Positions 12,881-26,545 of a DNA stretch of 64,000 bases are shown in pieces. The stretch is from contig CAXHJY010000102.1 of assembly GCA_964016885.1 (NCBI GenBank), positions 19,182 to 83,181 on the forward strand, in the 5' to 3' direction. The position numbers were made by a program, and so were the translations under genes. This DNA is from Eledone cirrhosa. Its lineage: Eukaryota. Under the pieces are notes generated by a model. It had not been told where the DNA came from. It was given only the letters and a program-made list of their open reading frames with translations, and did no database searches. Each line of letters opens with the position of its first letter. Within the stretch, counting starts at the first letter, position 1.

Positions 12881-13894
12881 CCTCCATTTTCTCATAATAG
12901 TGAGAGATGGGGAGAGCGAGAGAGACGGAGGCAGTGACAGTGGGAGTTTGGTTCCTTTGTGTTCGGACCAGGTGTATATGTATATGTTTCACAAACACAC
13001 ACTCAGGTTATGAATATATATGTGTTTGTAAAGTTGTAATACTTTCTCAAAAAGATGATCAGTTGAATATGATTTTGTTCAAAGTGAATATATGTAATCA
13101 CACCAGCATATAATTATTAATTTAAGTTTATCTAACTGCTTATTTATTCTGCAGTATATTCTGATCAAAAATTTCATTAAAAGCAGAAGTTATTAGAAGA
13201 AAAAAATAATGAATAAAAATAAAAAAATTTTTTTTAAATATTTTTTCTTAATTGAATTCATCACATGCTTTTTGATGGTTCTTTTTAGTTATTCACAAAA
13301 ATTTCATTTTCTCTCATGAGAAGAGCTAAACATTCATTAAACCTTTTTATACCAACCCAACAAAAACTGGCTCTGGTTCTATGAAACTAAGGGGTCCTAT
13401 TAAAGTCTTCTAGCATAACATTATATGTTAACTTACTATCTTAGTAATGAAATAATAATTTTAGTAAATCCCTCAACATTTTCATAAATTAACTTAAATA
13501 GAGTGTATTTCATTAGAAATATGGTAACAAAAATTTGACCTGAACCTATATCTCCCCATGGAAACCACATTGGTGTCAACACCATCAATATTTATTTCCA
13601 AAATATGCACAAAGCCTCAAATTTATGGAATTGATATAGTTGAATATATTTGATAGCTACTTATTTTATTCACCCCCAGACGAATGAAAGGCAAAGTCAA
13701 CTCTGGCGGGATTTGAACTCAAGTGTCATAACAATACCTCAAGGCATTTTTGTCCAACATACCACTTATTCTGCCAATCATCATCTGATCTATAACAATC
13801 ACATCGAAAACAATTCCTGGCCTTGTCAAACCTCACACCCAGGAAGACCTAAGTGAAAATCTTCATGGTAAATTCAAAGACTACTCAAGGTAAC

Positions 13895-14067
13895 TTAACC
13901 CTTTAGCATTCACATTACTCTATATTTGCTATTGTATTTTCACAAGAAAAGGCTTTATCTTACATAATTATCTCACATAATATTGAATCTACAAGATTTT
14001 AGTATTTATTTTGAGAACAATATGTTAATGTTGGTATGAGTGGCCAGTTTAAATGCTAAAAGGTTAA
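13895..14067. mobile_element. TTAA-flanked piggyBac-type MITE (family A)
   Basis: TTAA|CCCTTTAGCATT...AATGCTAAAAGG|TTAA. Confidence 0.8.
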
Positions 14068-14597
14068 ATCAGTTCTGGGTTAGGATTTTCATCATCTCCT
14101 AAATGTCCATCACTATCCCTGCAGAGGTAAACTGCATCACTAGCCCTGCAGAGGTAAACTGCAGCCTCATGCACTGGTTAGTGATTAATGCTTTTCTTGC
14201 TCTGTCAGAAAATGATTTGGAATTTTACATATATAAAAAAAATTACAATAGGCTTATGAAGAAACCCATATTCATAAATTTATACAATTAACTCTTAACA
14301 TCTTATAATGATTTAGCAGAAAATATCTACAAATGGGTTTAATTCAAATATTTGTAGTATCTTGACTAGGGGACAAATGGTTGTAAACATTTGCTGTATT
14401 AGAGGAAAAACTTTAATGTTTAATGCAAGCATGCAAAAATGAATGTAAAATGAGGATAATACAGTCATTGCACTTTTCAAGACTATCTTGCTATGGCTGT
14501 TTCATGCAGTATAGAGGATGTTAAGAGTTTAAAGAACTGAATCTGCTGATATCTTATTTATAATATACAAAGATTGTTAATCACAGAAAACACTCAC

Positions 14598-14736
14598 TTT
14601 TCTCTTTGTCCTTGAAGTAGTTGTACAAACTTGCAACATAAGTTATAATGCTAAGTTTGTCTGGCACAGCAAGATCCTCCATGTCCTTAGCCTCTAAAAG
14701 AGCAGTGATTCCAAGATGTTCAGCAACGGAGAAAGC
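14598..14736 (-). CDS. MICALL: MICAL-like protein, coding exon 3 (end of CH domain)
   Basis: [46 protein letters not shown]. Acceptor ataaag|, donor A|GTGAGT (phase 1). Confidence 0.93.
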
Positions 14737-14849
14737 CTTTATGAATAAATTTAAGAATATTAAATATAATTTATTGACGAACAAACGAAATTGAAAAATT
14801 GAATACTTTTGACAAAACACTGGTTTAGGGTTATTTGATTTATAAATGT

Positions 14850-15190
14850 CTATTTTCCATGCTACCATGGGTTAGACAAGTTGTCCTATTTGAGGGAAGT
14901 TCGGTTAGATGACCATGTCTTGCTCATAAAGAACTGATTTTGGCTTGGTTTCTACAGCTAGATGCTCTTCCTAATGCCAAACACATTTACAGTGAGTACT
15001 GGGCGTTTTTTGTCGTGACACCTACACAACCACTTTACAGTGTGGGCTGGGTGCTTTTTGTGGTGACACCTACAAAACCACTTTACAGTGTGGACTGGGT
15101 GCTTTTTGTCGTGACACCTACACAACCACTTTACAGTGTGGACTGGGTGCTTTTTGTTGTGACACCTACACGACCACCTTAGTGTGGACT
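14850..15190 (-). mobile_element. SINE/RTE-tail repeat with four tandem 48-bp internal units
   Basis: ttctacagctagatgctcttcctaatgcc followed by repeated cactttacagtgtggactgggtgctttttgtcgtgacacctacacaac. Confidence 0.8.
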
Positions 15191-15905
15191 GGGGGCTCTG
15201 GTGGGAAGGGTGTGTGGGAATTAGGAGGTGAGTATATGGGCTTGTATGAAGAGCAGAGTGTTAGGGCATGGGGTGTATGGAAGGGGGGATTGAAGGTGAA
15301 AATGATGTATGCCAGATGTATACTTCAGTCTTTGCTCGTGAGAGGGGGGGATGGAGGTGAATACTATATGAATGCTTAAGCCCATGGTAAGGCTGGTTTT
15401 TCTCATCAACATTTACTATAAATACAGACTGACGAATGGCTGTGTATGTTTTCTTGAATTAACACCTCTTCAACAGCTGGTAGTCTTTGTTAATGTCCTG
15501 CATAAACAATATGTCTCACAGCTCAGTAATTCAACATATGAATTTCAGTGGAACAAGTATTTTACTTGTAACAGATAAAAAGTAATGATTTGTGTGAGGA
15601 AAGATAACAGGCAGCAGAATATTGCTTTAAAATATATCATCCAACCCATGACAACATGGGAAAGCAGGCGTAAACAATTATATTAAGTATGCACAGCGCA
15701 GAACATATTGATAATCTGTAATTTAATGTAGATGCAGCTACAATGTTTAGATTGGTAAGCCTCTCTGCAGTATGTAAACAAATGTTTAAACCCATGGACA
15801 GGCATATACAGGGAATGCTCAAAATAACTTCATCTATATTTGGAAGAATCTTGTGTTTGATATAAATAGCTATATGCTATCATTCTCTCCTAAAAAAAAA
15901 AAAAA

Positions 15906-15941
15906 GTGTGTGTGTGTGTGTGTGGGTGTGGGTGTGGGTGT

Positions 15942-16010
<69 letters not shown>

Positions 16011-16040
16011 CGCGCGCGTGTGTATATATATATATATATA
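15906..16040. repeat. Compound (GT)n/(GC)n/(TA)n microsatellite
   Basis: Seen directly. Other large tracts: 32368-32505, 36160-36221, 58870-59092, and many (TA)n runs. Confidence 0.95.
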
Positions 16041-16347
16041 GTAGGAAAAGTTTGGTAGGAATATCCATGAGTAAGAGCACTCAGTTCATAGGGCGAGTTT
16101 ACTATAAATAAATATATATATGTATATATATATGTATGTAAATAGGTAGATGTGCGTGTGTCATCATCATCGTTAAACATATGTTTTTCCTGCTAGCTCA
16201 CACATACACATATGCACATTGGTTGCAAAAACCTTTTAACCACTCACCCATGGCTGTATGTGTGTGTTTATAAACACACACACACACATAAACGCATACA
16301 TGTTAATAAACACAGACACATATATGTACAGACAAATATACATATCT

Positions 16348-16400
<53 letters not shown>

Positions 16401-16664
16401 ACAAAGACATTAATTACAGGTTTGAACTTCAAACTTTTGATTTTGAGTTATTTTACAATCTATATTTTTCAGTGAACTTTTTGTTTTGAACTTCAAAGAA
16501 TATGCCATTCATTAACAATGTAGCCAAATAAATATAAAAATAGAAAATACAATGAGATCAATTCTTGGTATTGTACAATTATAGAAGTTTAGACAGTCTG
16601 TTCAAGTGGTGAATTTGTAATTTAATAGTGGCTTTCATTCTTAGATTAATTCTCTCTAGCTGGA

Positions 16665-16977
16665 TAATCATCATCATCCTTAGCATCCCACTCCATGTGT
16701 TTCTGTCTGCTGGTCTCACTTGGACCTGGCCAAGCTTAGTCCTTTTTGGTCTTCCTGGGCCTCTACTGCCTCCTGGATTGACATTCATCATTTTGCTAAC
16801 CCAGCCCTCACTGTGCTCAATATGACTGTGCCAGCGCATGAATCTCGTGTGAAGCACATCCTTGAGGTCATCAATCAGCAGTCTTTTCAAGAGATCAATT
16901 GTGTTGACATCATCCTCAGTGGTCAAACTGCATATCCAGCAGATCATAGCTCTGTCATTTCTTCTGAGCCGATTCAA
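16665..16977 (-). mobile_element. Degenerate RTE LINE 3' end
   Basis: LRRNDRAMICWIC...RFMRWHSHIEH...GSRGPGRPKRT, followed by a (GAT)n tail. Confidence 0.8.
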
Positions 16978-17005
16978 CTATAATATTATACCATGTGTAT
17001 TTGTA

Positions 17006-17059
<54 letters not shown>

Positions 17060-17885
17060 TGTAACTCTTTAAATTCTACACACACACACACAAAGCATTT
17101 TTTATATCAGTCATGTTGCTACTACAAGAAGTTTGCTTTCCAATCATAAGGTCATTTGTTCTTGTAGTATTTCTCCAATGTTGCTCATACATTTAATACT
17201 GTATGCTATTTGTACATACATACTGAAAATTTATGTAAATAATATCCAAGAAGTAAATTATTAAAATATCATTTTTATCTTTATGCAAACCATAAATTTA
17301 TCAAAAGTCAGTCTGTATGGTTGTTCTTGTATTTGGTAATTCTAGTACATACCAACCTTAGACTCCAAAAATTAAATACATTGAATGCTATTACTGTCAT
17401 TAATGATGGAACTTGTCCACTAGTATTAATTAATATCTGTGTATGCAGGTGTAACATACGAAAAGTAATCTTATATTACATGAAACGATGTATTGAAAAT
17501 CAAAAATCACCATATAGGTAATGTTTAGCATGTTGGACCTCCAGTGGTTCCGACGAAGAGTACTTTAGATGTTTAATAAATGAAACAGCCTGCACATGAA
17601 ATAAATGTGCAAGTGGCTAAGCATTCCATAGACACAAGCACTTTTAATTTAGTTCTCAGGGCAATTCAGCATGACAGTGTTTAACAAAGCTAGCCCTTTT
17701 ACTTACAGTTGCAATTTTTCTTTTCCAGTTGTGTAGACTGGAGCAACATGAAATAATATCTTGCTTAAGGACACAACAGACCAGCACAAATCAAACAAGA
17801 TCTTACAATCACTTATAAGCCACATACCTACAGTAATATACAATAAGATAACATAAACCAATTTATATTAAACTAGTATACTTAC

Positions 17886-17934
17886 AAGATGATTATTGTA
17901 ATAAACATTTTCCTTGCAAAGAGATTCAAAGTTA
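17886..17934 (-). CDS. MICALL: MICAL-like protein, coding exon 2 (49 bp, CH domain)
   Basis: Acceptor tttctttttcctctag|, donor CTT|GTAAGT. Encodes (I)NFESLCKENVYYNNHL, matching the CH consensus DFxSLxKENVxENNxL. Phases fit both neighbours (2 in, 0 out). Confidence 0.92.
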
Positions 17935-19034
17935 CTAGAGGAAAAAGAAAAAGAAATCTTTGTTAGTAAAGAAAATCATCATCATCAGTTTTTTTATCCA
18001 CTTTCCCACACTGGCATGGCTTGGAAGGGTTATCACAATCCAAGACCAGATGGACCCATTTTGCTCATATATTTGAAAAAAATATTTTCCCACTGATGAT
18101 CTCTACTAGAGATCTCACATCCACAACAAAGCAAAGACTGCATGATATACATTAGCCTTCCTCTTTAAAACCAGAAAATAATTCAACAACCAACAGTTGC
18201 TAGCTCTTTACAAAGATCAAATGAGACCCACAATGGAGTTGTTATATCGCACCAAAAAAATTATATTTCCATTGGTCACTTCATTGCTGAGACTACTGGT
18301 TGCAGCTCCTGGCAGAAGCATCACTGCTTTTCCAATAACAGGAAGCAGATTTTGAATCAGAATGCACAGAGCTGGAACAGATACAGGAAAGCATCTCAAC
18401 AGACTCTTTAACAATTCTACCAATCAGTCCCAAAACAATGAAAGGCAAAGTTGGCCACAACAGTATTTGAACTCAGAATGCAGGCAACAAGATCAAATAA
18501 ATAACAAAGCATTTAACCTGACGATTTAACAACTCTGCCCCGAACAATGAGATACTTCTCATATATCTGAGACAGTGCTGCTGCAGCACATATGCACATC
18601 ATAGGTTGCATTAAAAAAAAAAACCACCTGATTGCTTACCAACACCCTCCAATCTCTGGGGACTGTCTCCTCAGACAATTTTTTTTTTACTACTTCCACA
18701 TACGGTAGTTTCTTCTACTCAAAACTAGGTGGACTTCTATCATCTCTAATCAGACCTACCTAACTTGTTTATCTCTCCTCCACATGTCCCCTGTATGTCG
18801 TCCACCACCATCCCCATCGCTCTATATTGCACTAACCACAAGGTCAATTCTTCCTCTCCAGAATGTAAATACTCTGGATCCCCCTCCATTGCACATGCAT
18901 TTCCTGTACTTATCAATCTGTAGTTTAAGAAGATAAACCCCCATCAATCTCACCAGTCTCAAACAGTTGCTACTGCCATGGGCACATCTACTTCCTTCAG
19001 GTCAAACGATAAAAAAAAAAAAAAAAAAAAAAAC

Positions 19035-19280
19035 ACATGGTGCAAATTCCATGGTCCGAATGACCATGGAATTTGCACCTAGAAAATTCCCCTCTGGGCA
19101 AAGCTGTTTGTGGAAGACCAGCAGTCACCCATGCATACCAGCTTCCCCTCTCCACATCACTGATGTTGTCCAAGGAAAAGGCAATGGCTGATACAGTTTG
19201 GCACCAGTAACGTCACAACTCATTTCTACAGCTGAGTAAACTGGAGCAACGTGAAATGAAGTGTCTTGTTCAAGAACAAC
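19035..19280 (-). mobile_element. CORE-type SINE, second subfamily (head truncated)
   Basis: Reverse complement of the body of the copy at 39927-40252. Confidence 0.7.
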
Positions 19281-20813
19281 GCAAAGCCATCAATCAATGG
19301 AAATTTTATGTGCATGACTGAAAGAAAAATAATTACAGACTAGTAAAGGAGTTTATGTAGTTACTAAACCTGCTAGAAATATTAGCCAAAACCCCTCATA
19401 AATCACACCCTACTATCTTGAATAAGCAAAGTATGTATTCATATTGTAGTTCGAGTTAGCTTTAAAAACATAGGACGGTCATTACTAGAATGGCTTTCAT
19501 CATAGGTCTGCTCAACTGGCATTGACCCGTGATTAAAAAATAACCATGAAAAGTTGTGAACAATACAATGAGATAATGCAAACGTTCCAAAAATGAGGAA
19601 ATTACAGCAGATGATCATTATAACTACCATCCTTTCGTCAGTGGCACTGGTTAGATATTTATTTAACTAGCCAAGCATCTGTTTTATATATTACATATAT
19701 TTTAGCAGTAATTATAGCATACTGTCACATAAATATTCAGCTTATTCCATTATACAACACACCCTGTTATAGTAGTAACAGTATGACAACGGTCAACAAT
19801 ACAGTAATACTCACTCAACAGCAAATTTTAAATGCTCTGAGAAAAGCGGTCATGCAGCAATTATCCAAATGGGTTATAGTAGAGACACTATATAATTACC
19901 CAAACACTGGCAGTTCACAGAATATACACAAAATGAATGCATTCTTTGAGAGACAGAATACTCTAAACACTGAAGTTGGTCAATTTTAACTAAATTATTG
20001 ATTTTATGATTTTTATAAAGCACTGGCAGAATTTGAAATTTGAAAATGTACAGGAAAAATACAGAAAACAACTAAGTCAACTACTATAAATAATAGTTGT
20101 AAAAAATTTAGATTATTGATGTTTATATCACAAACATTTTCTCTACCTTTTCCACTGCAAAAATCTTTTTAAGAATTACAAAAGTCATTGAAATTCTTGT
20201 AAAAAGTTACTTCATGCTATTCAATTGAGCTTCAAGAATCTTCTGGCTCCAGAGAATAAAGGTGTCAAAATGCTTTTATCAAGCTGCGGGTTTTATACTG
20301 CAATCTACAAATCTATATTTTTTAATATTCCACATAGAGATGTTTTTTGTTGTTGATGTTTAACACAGGTCAGATCTACTCAAATAGACTTGTGACCATA
20401 ACATTTTTGTTTATTTTTCACACAGTGTATCTAGGACTCCATTACCCAAATAGGGTGGGATTTAAGGGACATTTAACTGCTATTTTTAGAAAGTAGAGTG
20501 ACCAGGTAGACTTGTTAGCTTGTATTGATATTAGTCAATTTCAGGAGTAATGGGGAAACTCATAATTATGTTTTCAAATTGTAATATGATATTTTCCATT
20601 TGAACATTAGGCTTTCTCATGCATAGTATCAATATTACCATTACAAAATCCAGAGATATTCGTGCTTGGCTCATATAAATATCATACAATACTTCATATA
20701 ACTGAGAAAGAAAATATCATATCCAACTGTAATTCTTTGATATAGTAGTTTAATGAAAAGGAATAGCTATCAGAACATCTGTGTATTGAAAACAAATAGT
20801 CACTAAGCACTAC

Positions 20814-21253
20814 TTAATCCTTTAGCATTTACATTACTCTATATTTACTATTGTATATACTCATGGTAAAGGCTTTATCTCACATAATATCAAGTCTACA
20901 AAAATTTGCTGATAATGTTGTTTATTTTAAGAACATCTTAACGTTGGTGTGATCTGCCGGTTACGGCCGGTTTCAAAAAAGGAAAAGAATTCTGGCCAGA
21001 TACAGCCAGTTTAACCCTTTAGCATTTAAACCGGCCATATCCGGCCAGAATTCTCTCACCTCTTTCTGTTCAAAGTGGCCATAACTAGCTACTCATACTG
21101 ATGTTGAGATATTGTTATCAAAATAAATAATATAAAAATTTCGTAGATTTGATATTATGTGAGATAGTTATGTGAGGGAGCCTTTACCGTGAAAATATAA
21201 TAGTACATATAAAGTAATGTAAAATGCTAAAGGGTTAAATGCTAATGGGTTAA
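20814..21253. mobile_element. Family-A MITE carrying a second, oppositely oriented family-A MITE (21011-21238) inserted in the TTAA of its right end
   Basis: ...gccagtTTAA[ccctttagcatt...atgctaaagggTTAA]atgctaatgggTTAA; uninterrupted copies end gccagtttaaatgctaaagggttaa. Confidence 0.85.
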
Positions 21254-22741
21254 ATATGAATTCCATTTATCCTTAGTTTGAAAAAAGTGAAATGATCAAC
21301 ATAGAGACTAGTGAAATCCTATGTATAATCATTCTTCTATAACATCATTAAGCAGATCTCAGAAGAAAGATGACTGAATTATCTATCCAACAGCTCAGTC
21401 ATTACATATATAGGCTTTGCAACATCAATTGCAGTATGAATATCCATGTAAACAGATGACATACTACAAACATTGATGAAGCTGACAAAACCATGTAAAT
21501 CTAGCACAATAATCAAAATCATAGCAAAAAGAGTTGAAACATGTATTTGAGATAAGCAAGAGTCAGTAAGGTACTTTCCCTTATTCTGTTCAATTATACA
21601 ACTGATAAGGTGTTGAACACCATGGTTCATTTGCTTTGAAATACAATAATTAAAGATCTTAACTGTGATGATGATGTTCTGTTGAACCATTCCAATGTAT
21701 TGGATAAGAGCATGGATACTTTATAGAATGTATATGTATGTATGGTCTAGTAACTCCTGATAGAGTCGTAGGGGTGCTATATTGACATACAGTGTTTCTT
21801 AGGCATTTTAAAGCCTGGTAGAGCCCATCCCTCTCCAGGCCTGGGTACAGCAGATTTCTTCCAGAGAAAGATAGAAAGTGAGAGCGAGGAAATGAGAAAA
21901 AGATATAGAGGAAGAATCGACCCCAGTTGTTGACTTTGGCAGGATTTGAACTCAGAGAGTAGAGAGCCAGAACAAATACCATAAAGCATTCTATCTGACA
22001 ATCTAACGACTCTGCCAATTCGTTACCTATCTTTATAGTACCTTGGCATAAAAGTCAATGCAGTCAAGACCAAAGTGCGGTGTGTTAGCTTTACAGGAAA
22101 AACAAAACTACATCCTTCTAGGCAATAACATTCAGTAAGTTTCTTACTTTGGCTCTTCCTTCCTACCAGCCAAAGAATAAAGTTAAGAGGAATATAAACC
22201 CAGCTTTGTGGAATTGAAGCTTAACACATAGCTGTGAAAGGAGATTAAAATACCATGCAAATTTAATTATGTAAACCAGTGTTTCAAGCAGTGGAATCTG
22301 TGGATCCACCATCATTCAATACTACATCTTTGCTCTACTGACCAACTGGATGCCTAATATCCAAGAACTGTAAAGGCGCTATCATTTCTACTCAGAACAC
22401 ACTACCTTCACTTGTTTCATAATATATGTTGACTTCCATTAGAAGTCTTCAGCACACTAACATTCTTCCGATTCTTTTTGGGATGGCAGCTCTGTTGCAA
22501 CAGTTAACTAAACTTTAGGTGACTGCAGACTGTCAGGCAAATTTCACTGGGCCTAATATCTAGAGTCACTGGAATGTAGGCTTAGCTTCAAATCAGGCCT
22601 GATCTGGATAGTGAAAAATGTTAATGGGTGAGACAGTTTTAACTGAAGGATGTGGCTTCACCTGAAAAGTAAATATTAATGCAAAGACAAGTACGAGTGA
22701 TGTATGATATAGAAAACATTATCAAATTCCAAAATACTTAC

Positions 22742-22890
22742 ATTAAATCTGGTCGAAAACGATGAATGAGAGCACAGAATGCAAGTCCATCTCTCCATGA
22801 TGTTGTCATGTTTGTGATTTTAACATCATGATAGCCTTCACATCTGTTCTTACACCATTGCTGTAACGCACGTAGCTTAGCCTGAGCCAT
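22742..22890 (-). CDS. MICALL: MICAL-like protein, coding exon 1 (start codon, N-terminal part of calponin-homology domain)
   Basis: Reads [49 protein letters not shown](I), the type-2 CH signature of MICAL-L/EHBP1/smoothelin proteins. Ends at AT|GTAAGT (phase 2). An upstream acceptor (tttcatttatag|, exon start 22963) implies a further 5' UTR exon. Not in the ORF track. Confidence 0.93.
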
Positions 22891-25584
22891 CGTTCCTATT
22901 TATATCAACACATTTAGTAATTCAGCTTCTGATCATAACTTTTTCTTGTTAACAGAATATTTCCTATAAATGAAAAAAAGAACATGTATTAAATGCCAAC
23001 ACTTGTTATTCAATCAACATGGTACAATGAATAGGTGATAGATGATAGAATGAAGCAAGTATGAAATTGAAACTTAACAGGAATATAATCAGTAAGAGAG
23101 ACCTAATGATGTATTGTATATCCCAACATCAATATTTTAACAATTCTTTCATGTTTGCACCAGTGTTTTGCTCGGTTCCTTAAGGAAAGTCTACATCACT
23201 TTAATCATCCCATATCTTTCTAGGTATCTTTCTTCTACATCTATTTCAAGTGCCTAGCACTTTATATAACTGACATCCTCCATACACATCTAAGGCCCAT
23301 GTCTTTACACATAAGCATTATACAACCTGCCCTTTACTGAGGGAGAATACTCTTTGTTAGCAACAGAGATAATAGCTCCCAGAATTTTTTTCCTCCCATT
23401 CTTACTCTGGTTACTATGTTTTAGGAATACTCACATCTGCTGCTAATTAGTTCACAAAAGTAACAACAAAAGTTAATACTTAATTCTAAAGGGTACTCAC
23501 TATTGTCTGTTCAGTTAAGCCAGTGGCTCACAGGGCAAATAGAGGAGAGAGTGCAATGACAGAAAAAGAATTATGGTGAGTGGGCTAAGTGAGTGAAAGT
23601 ATGAATAGAGGAAAAAGAGGGGGAGAGTTATTGGTGTGAGGAGAGGCAAAGGTAGGAATAATGGGACAATAATATGTATGTGTGTGTATATATACATATA
23701 TGATAGAGAGAGAGAGTGAGAGAGAAAGTGTGCGAGAGAGAAAGAGAAAGAGTGTGCGAGAGAGAGAGAAAGAGAAAGAGTGTGCGAGAGAGAGAGTCCC
23801 AGGTTTAATTGGTGGTAACCACAGTTAATAAGGTACTCTATACATTAGTAGAGTGTAAACATCAAGTTTAATATAGAAATGGCTTCTACGGGAGTAGGGA
23901 CAATGTATGTTTGAGAAGACTCTTTAATCGTACATAACCTCTCTAATACCGGAGCCACAATAAAATGCACCCAGTACACTCTGTAAAGTGGTTGGAGTTA
24001 GGAAGGGCATCTAGCTGCAGAAAGCTAAAACTGGAATGTACAAGCACGACCCGGTCCCTGACCTTTCTAGGGGAGCAGTAACTCAAAATAAGAATTAACC
24101 TGGACCATGATGTGCATTTTATCATGACACAACTAAAAAGGTTTCACAACCCTTTGTTTCACAAACGTTCTACAGCTGGATACCCATTCCTAATACCAAC
24201 CACTTTACAGAATGTACTTACTGTGGTGCCAGCACTAGAGAGGTTATCATGTCTGTGACATGACTGAAGAGCCTTTTTTGGCCCTTTTGGGATGGTTTGT
24301 ATGGCTGGTGGTCTTTCCTAATACAAACCACTTAACATACAAATGCATATATATATACAAGTCATCAGAAATAAATTCAACAAAATACTCTCAGGCCACA
24401 AGGGAATTTGGTTGAAATTTTATTTTTAAAATATAGAAAAATGTACAAATTTAAAATGTCAGAAATATTCCATGAGCCAATAAAGTCATTAGGGGTGGGA
24501 GATAGGTATGAAGTTTTAGGTGTTTGTGGGGATGGGTAAGGTTGGCTGATTAATGTGTGGGGGGTGTAGTAGTGAGGGATGTGGTCAATATGGTGGAGGC
24601 ATAAGTGATAGGTAAGGGGTAAAGGGTAGGGCTAGCTGGGTAGTGTATGGAGAAGGAGGTATAGTGGGGTGAGAGATGTGCTTGATAGAGATGTGAGGGG
24701 GTAAAGGGTAGTACACATTTAAAATGTGAGAAATATTCCATGAGCCAATAAATTTAGTTTATGGAATATTAGCCACATTCTCTCTGTCCTCTCATTACAA
24801 AGCACTGTTAAGAAGAACAGAAAATATTTTTCCATTTCTTCCTTTTTTCCCTATGTTCTTTTCATTTTACCCTGTACGTTTCCTATAAGGGATTATTGTA
24901 TCAGGAATCTTCAAAAGTGTTCCTACTTTTCTTAAACATTTCAAATAGATTGCTCTCAACATTCTCCAAAAGTCTAGTGAAGAGAATGCACTGGAATCTT
25001 ATTTCTTCGATAATAGAACTATATGTACCCCAGACAAACAACTATATAGCTTTATTGTTCATCAGACATATTTCTTCACACAGAGCCCCATTAGCAAAGC
25101 ATTATAACAAATGCTTTCTCAGTGACCACCTCATAGAGGTGTGGTTTTAGTGGAATGTGGGGCTACCACCAAGTATTGAAAATTCTTTGGACTGGTTGTT
25201 CCAAAATGGTCAGCAATAAATTTATTGAGCTGGAAGATATGGCTAAAGATAGAGGAGGGAAGGAAAGGACCACCAAACAAAATGGTTTTAGGACAATAAA
25301 CTGTCTCTTGTGGAATAAACTTTTGAAGGATTTTGAGTGCAACTGATTTAAAATGCTAAGAAAAGTAAGATTTGTTCTCACATGAACATCTTTGTGTTTG
25401 AGTGTGTGTATGTGTATGTGTGTGTATGTATGGTTGGCGTTATGAAGGGCATCCAGCCATAGAAATCTAGCCAGAAACAGTCCAATATGAGCAAGACACA
25501 TTCACCTGACCCAACTTGCTCTTAATGGGACAAACCCATCTAACCCATGTTAGCGTGGAAAATAAACATTAAACGATGATGATG

Positions 25585-25622
<38 letters not shown>

Positions 25623-25631
25623 CAAATAAAG

Positions 25632-25704
25632 ATTCCTTCTGATGATAAATGTCAGATGTTTCTGTTAGAATCGTCTAACTTCGTGAAACCTTGGGTAATG
25701 GAAT
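25632..25704 (+). ncRNA. Degenerate type-I hammerhead ribozyme (solo Penelope pLTR end between two (TA)n tracts)
   Basis: attcctt-CTGATGA-(weak stem II)-GAAACC-ttg-GGTA-atggaat, followed by aattatattgt as in the HHR at 61921. Confidence 0.6.
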
Positions 25705-25726
25705 AATTATATTGTGTTTATTACAT

Positions 25727-25776
<50 letters not shown>

Positions 25777-26545
25777 TTATTTATTTCAGAAAGCCAGTAC
25801 AATGCAGCAGAAATATATAAAGGGAAAAGGATGATAAAATAAAAAGTAATGTTTTACCCAGTATTTTCAACCTGAAACATCATGTTGAAATATACTGGGT
25901 AAAACATTACTTTCTTTTGTTTTATTTGTCATCTGTTGCCCTATATATATGTCAATGACTGTACGGACTTTCTGAAACTTATCAGTCATATATTACATGT
26001 CTCACAATGCTTCGTATTAACTATACTACTTTACTGAAGACCTTGGAGTTCTGTGTCTTTGTTTGTCTCTTTTTTTGCCATTGTTTTTCATTTAGAAAAA
26101 TTATTTATTTAATGGTTTCCCCTTTAAAACAATTTTTTTTTTTTCATTTTGCCTTGTTTTCCATTGTAAATTATCTTAATTTCATTATTACTAATCTGTG
26201 ACAAACATGTTCATTCTTCTCCCTAAGAAACGTCAATGGATTACACTTTTTAACACGATTTCTTACTTTTCTTGCCTTTTTTTCCCTTATTCTTCTTTTT
26301 TACTTCCGGATGGACAAACGACAACAACAACAAAAAATCAGTTGTATCCCTTACTTTAGCAAGGACAGAAGTGACCCAAACTAATGTGGTCTAGAATCAG
26401 TATGCAGGAGTTTTAACGAAAAAACAATTTAACCTAATAAATGTTTTGATAATCCGAAATGGAGAAAGCAGGCTTTGCTAACATCAATTTTTGTACATGT
26501 TATAAAGATCATTTATATATATATATAATATATTTCATTTATATA

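Noticed and set aside
14985-15190. 48-bp tandem units resembling a CRISPR array
   Set aside because: No unique spacers, eukaryotic context, and the unit is an internal module of the SINE/RTE tail.
15853-16475. ORFs rich in CV/HT/YI repeats (also ~32.3, 36.1, 58.7-60.1 and 61.1-62.0 kb)
   Set aside because: Translations of (GT)n/(CA)n/(TA)n microsatellites or of non-coding pLTR sequence.
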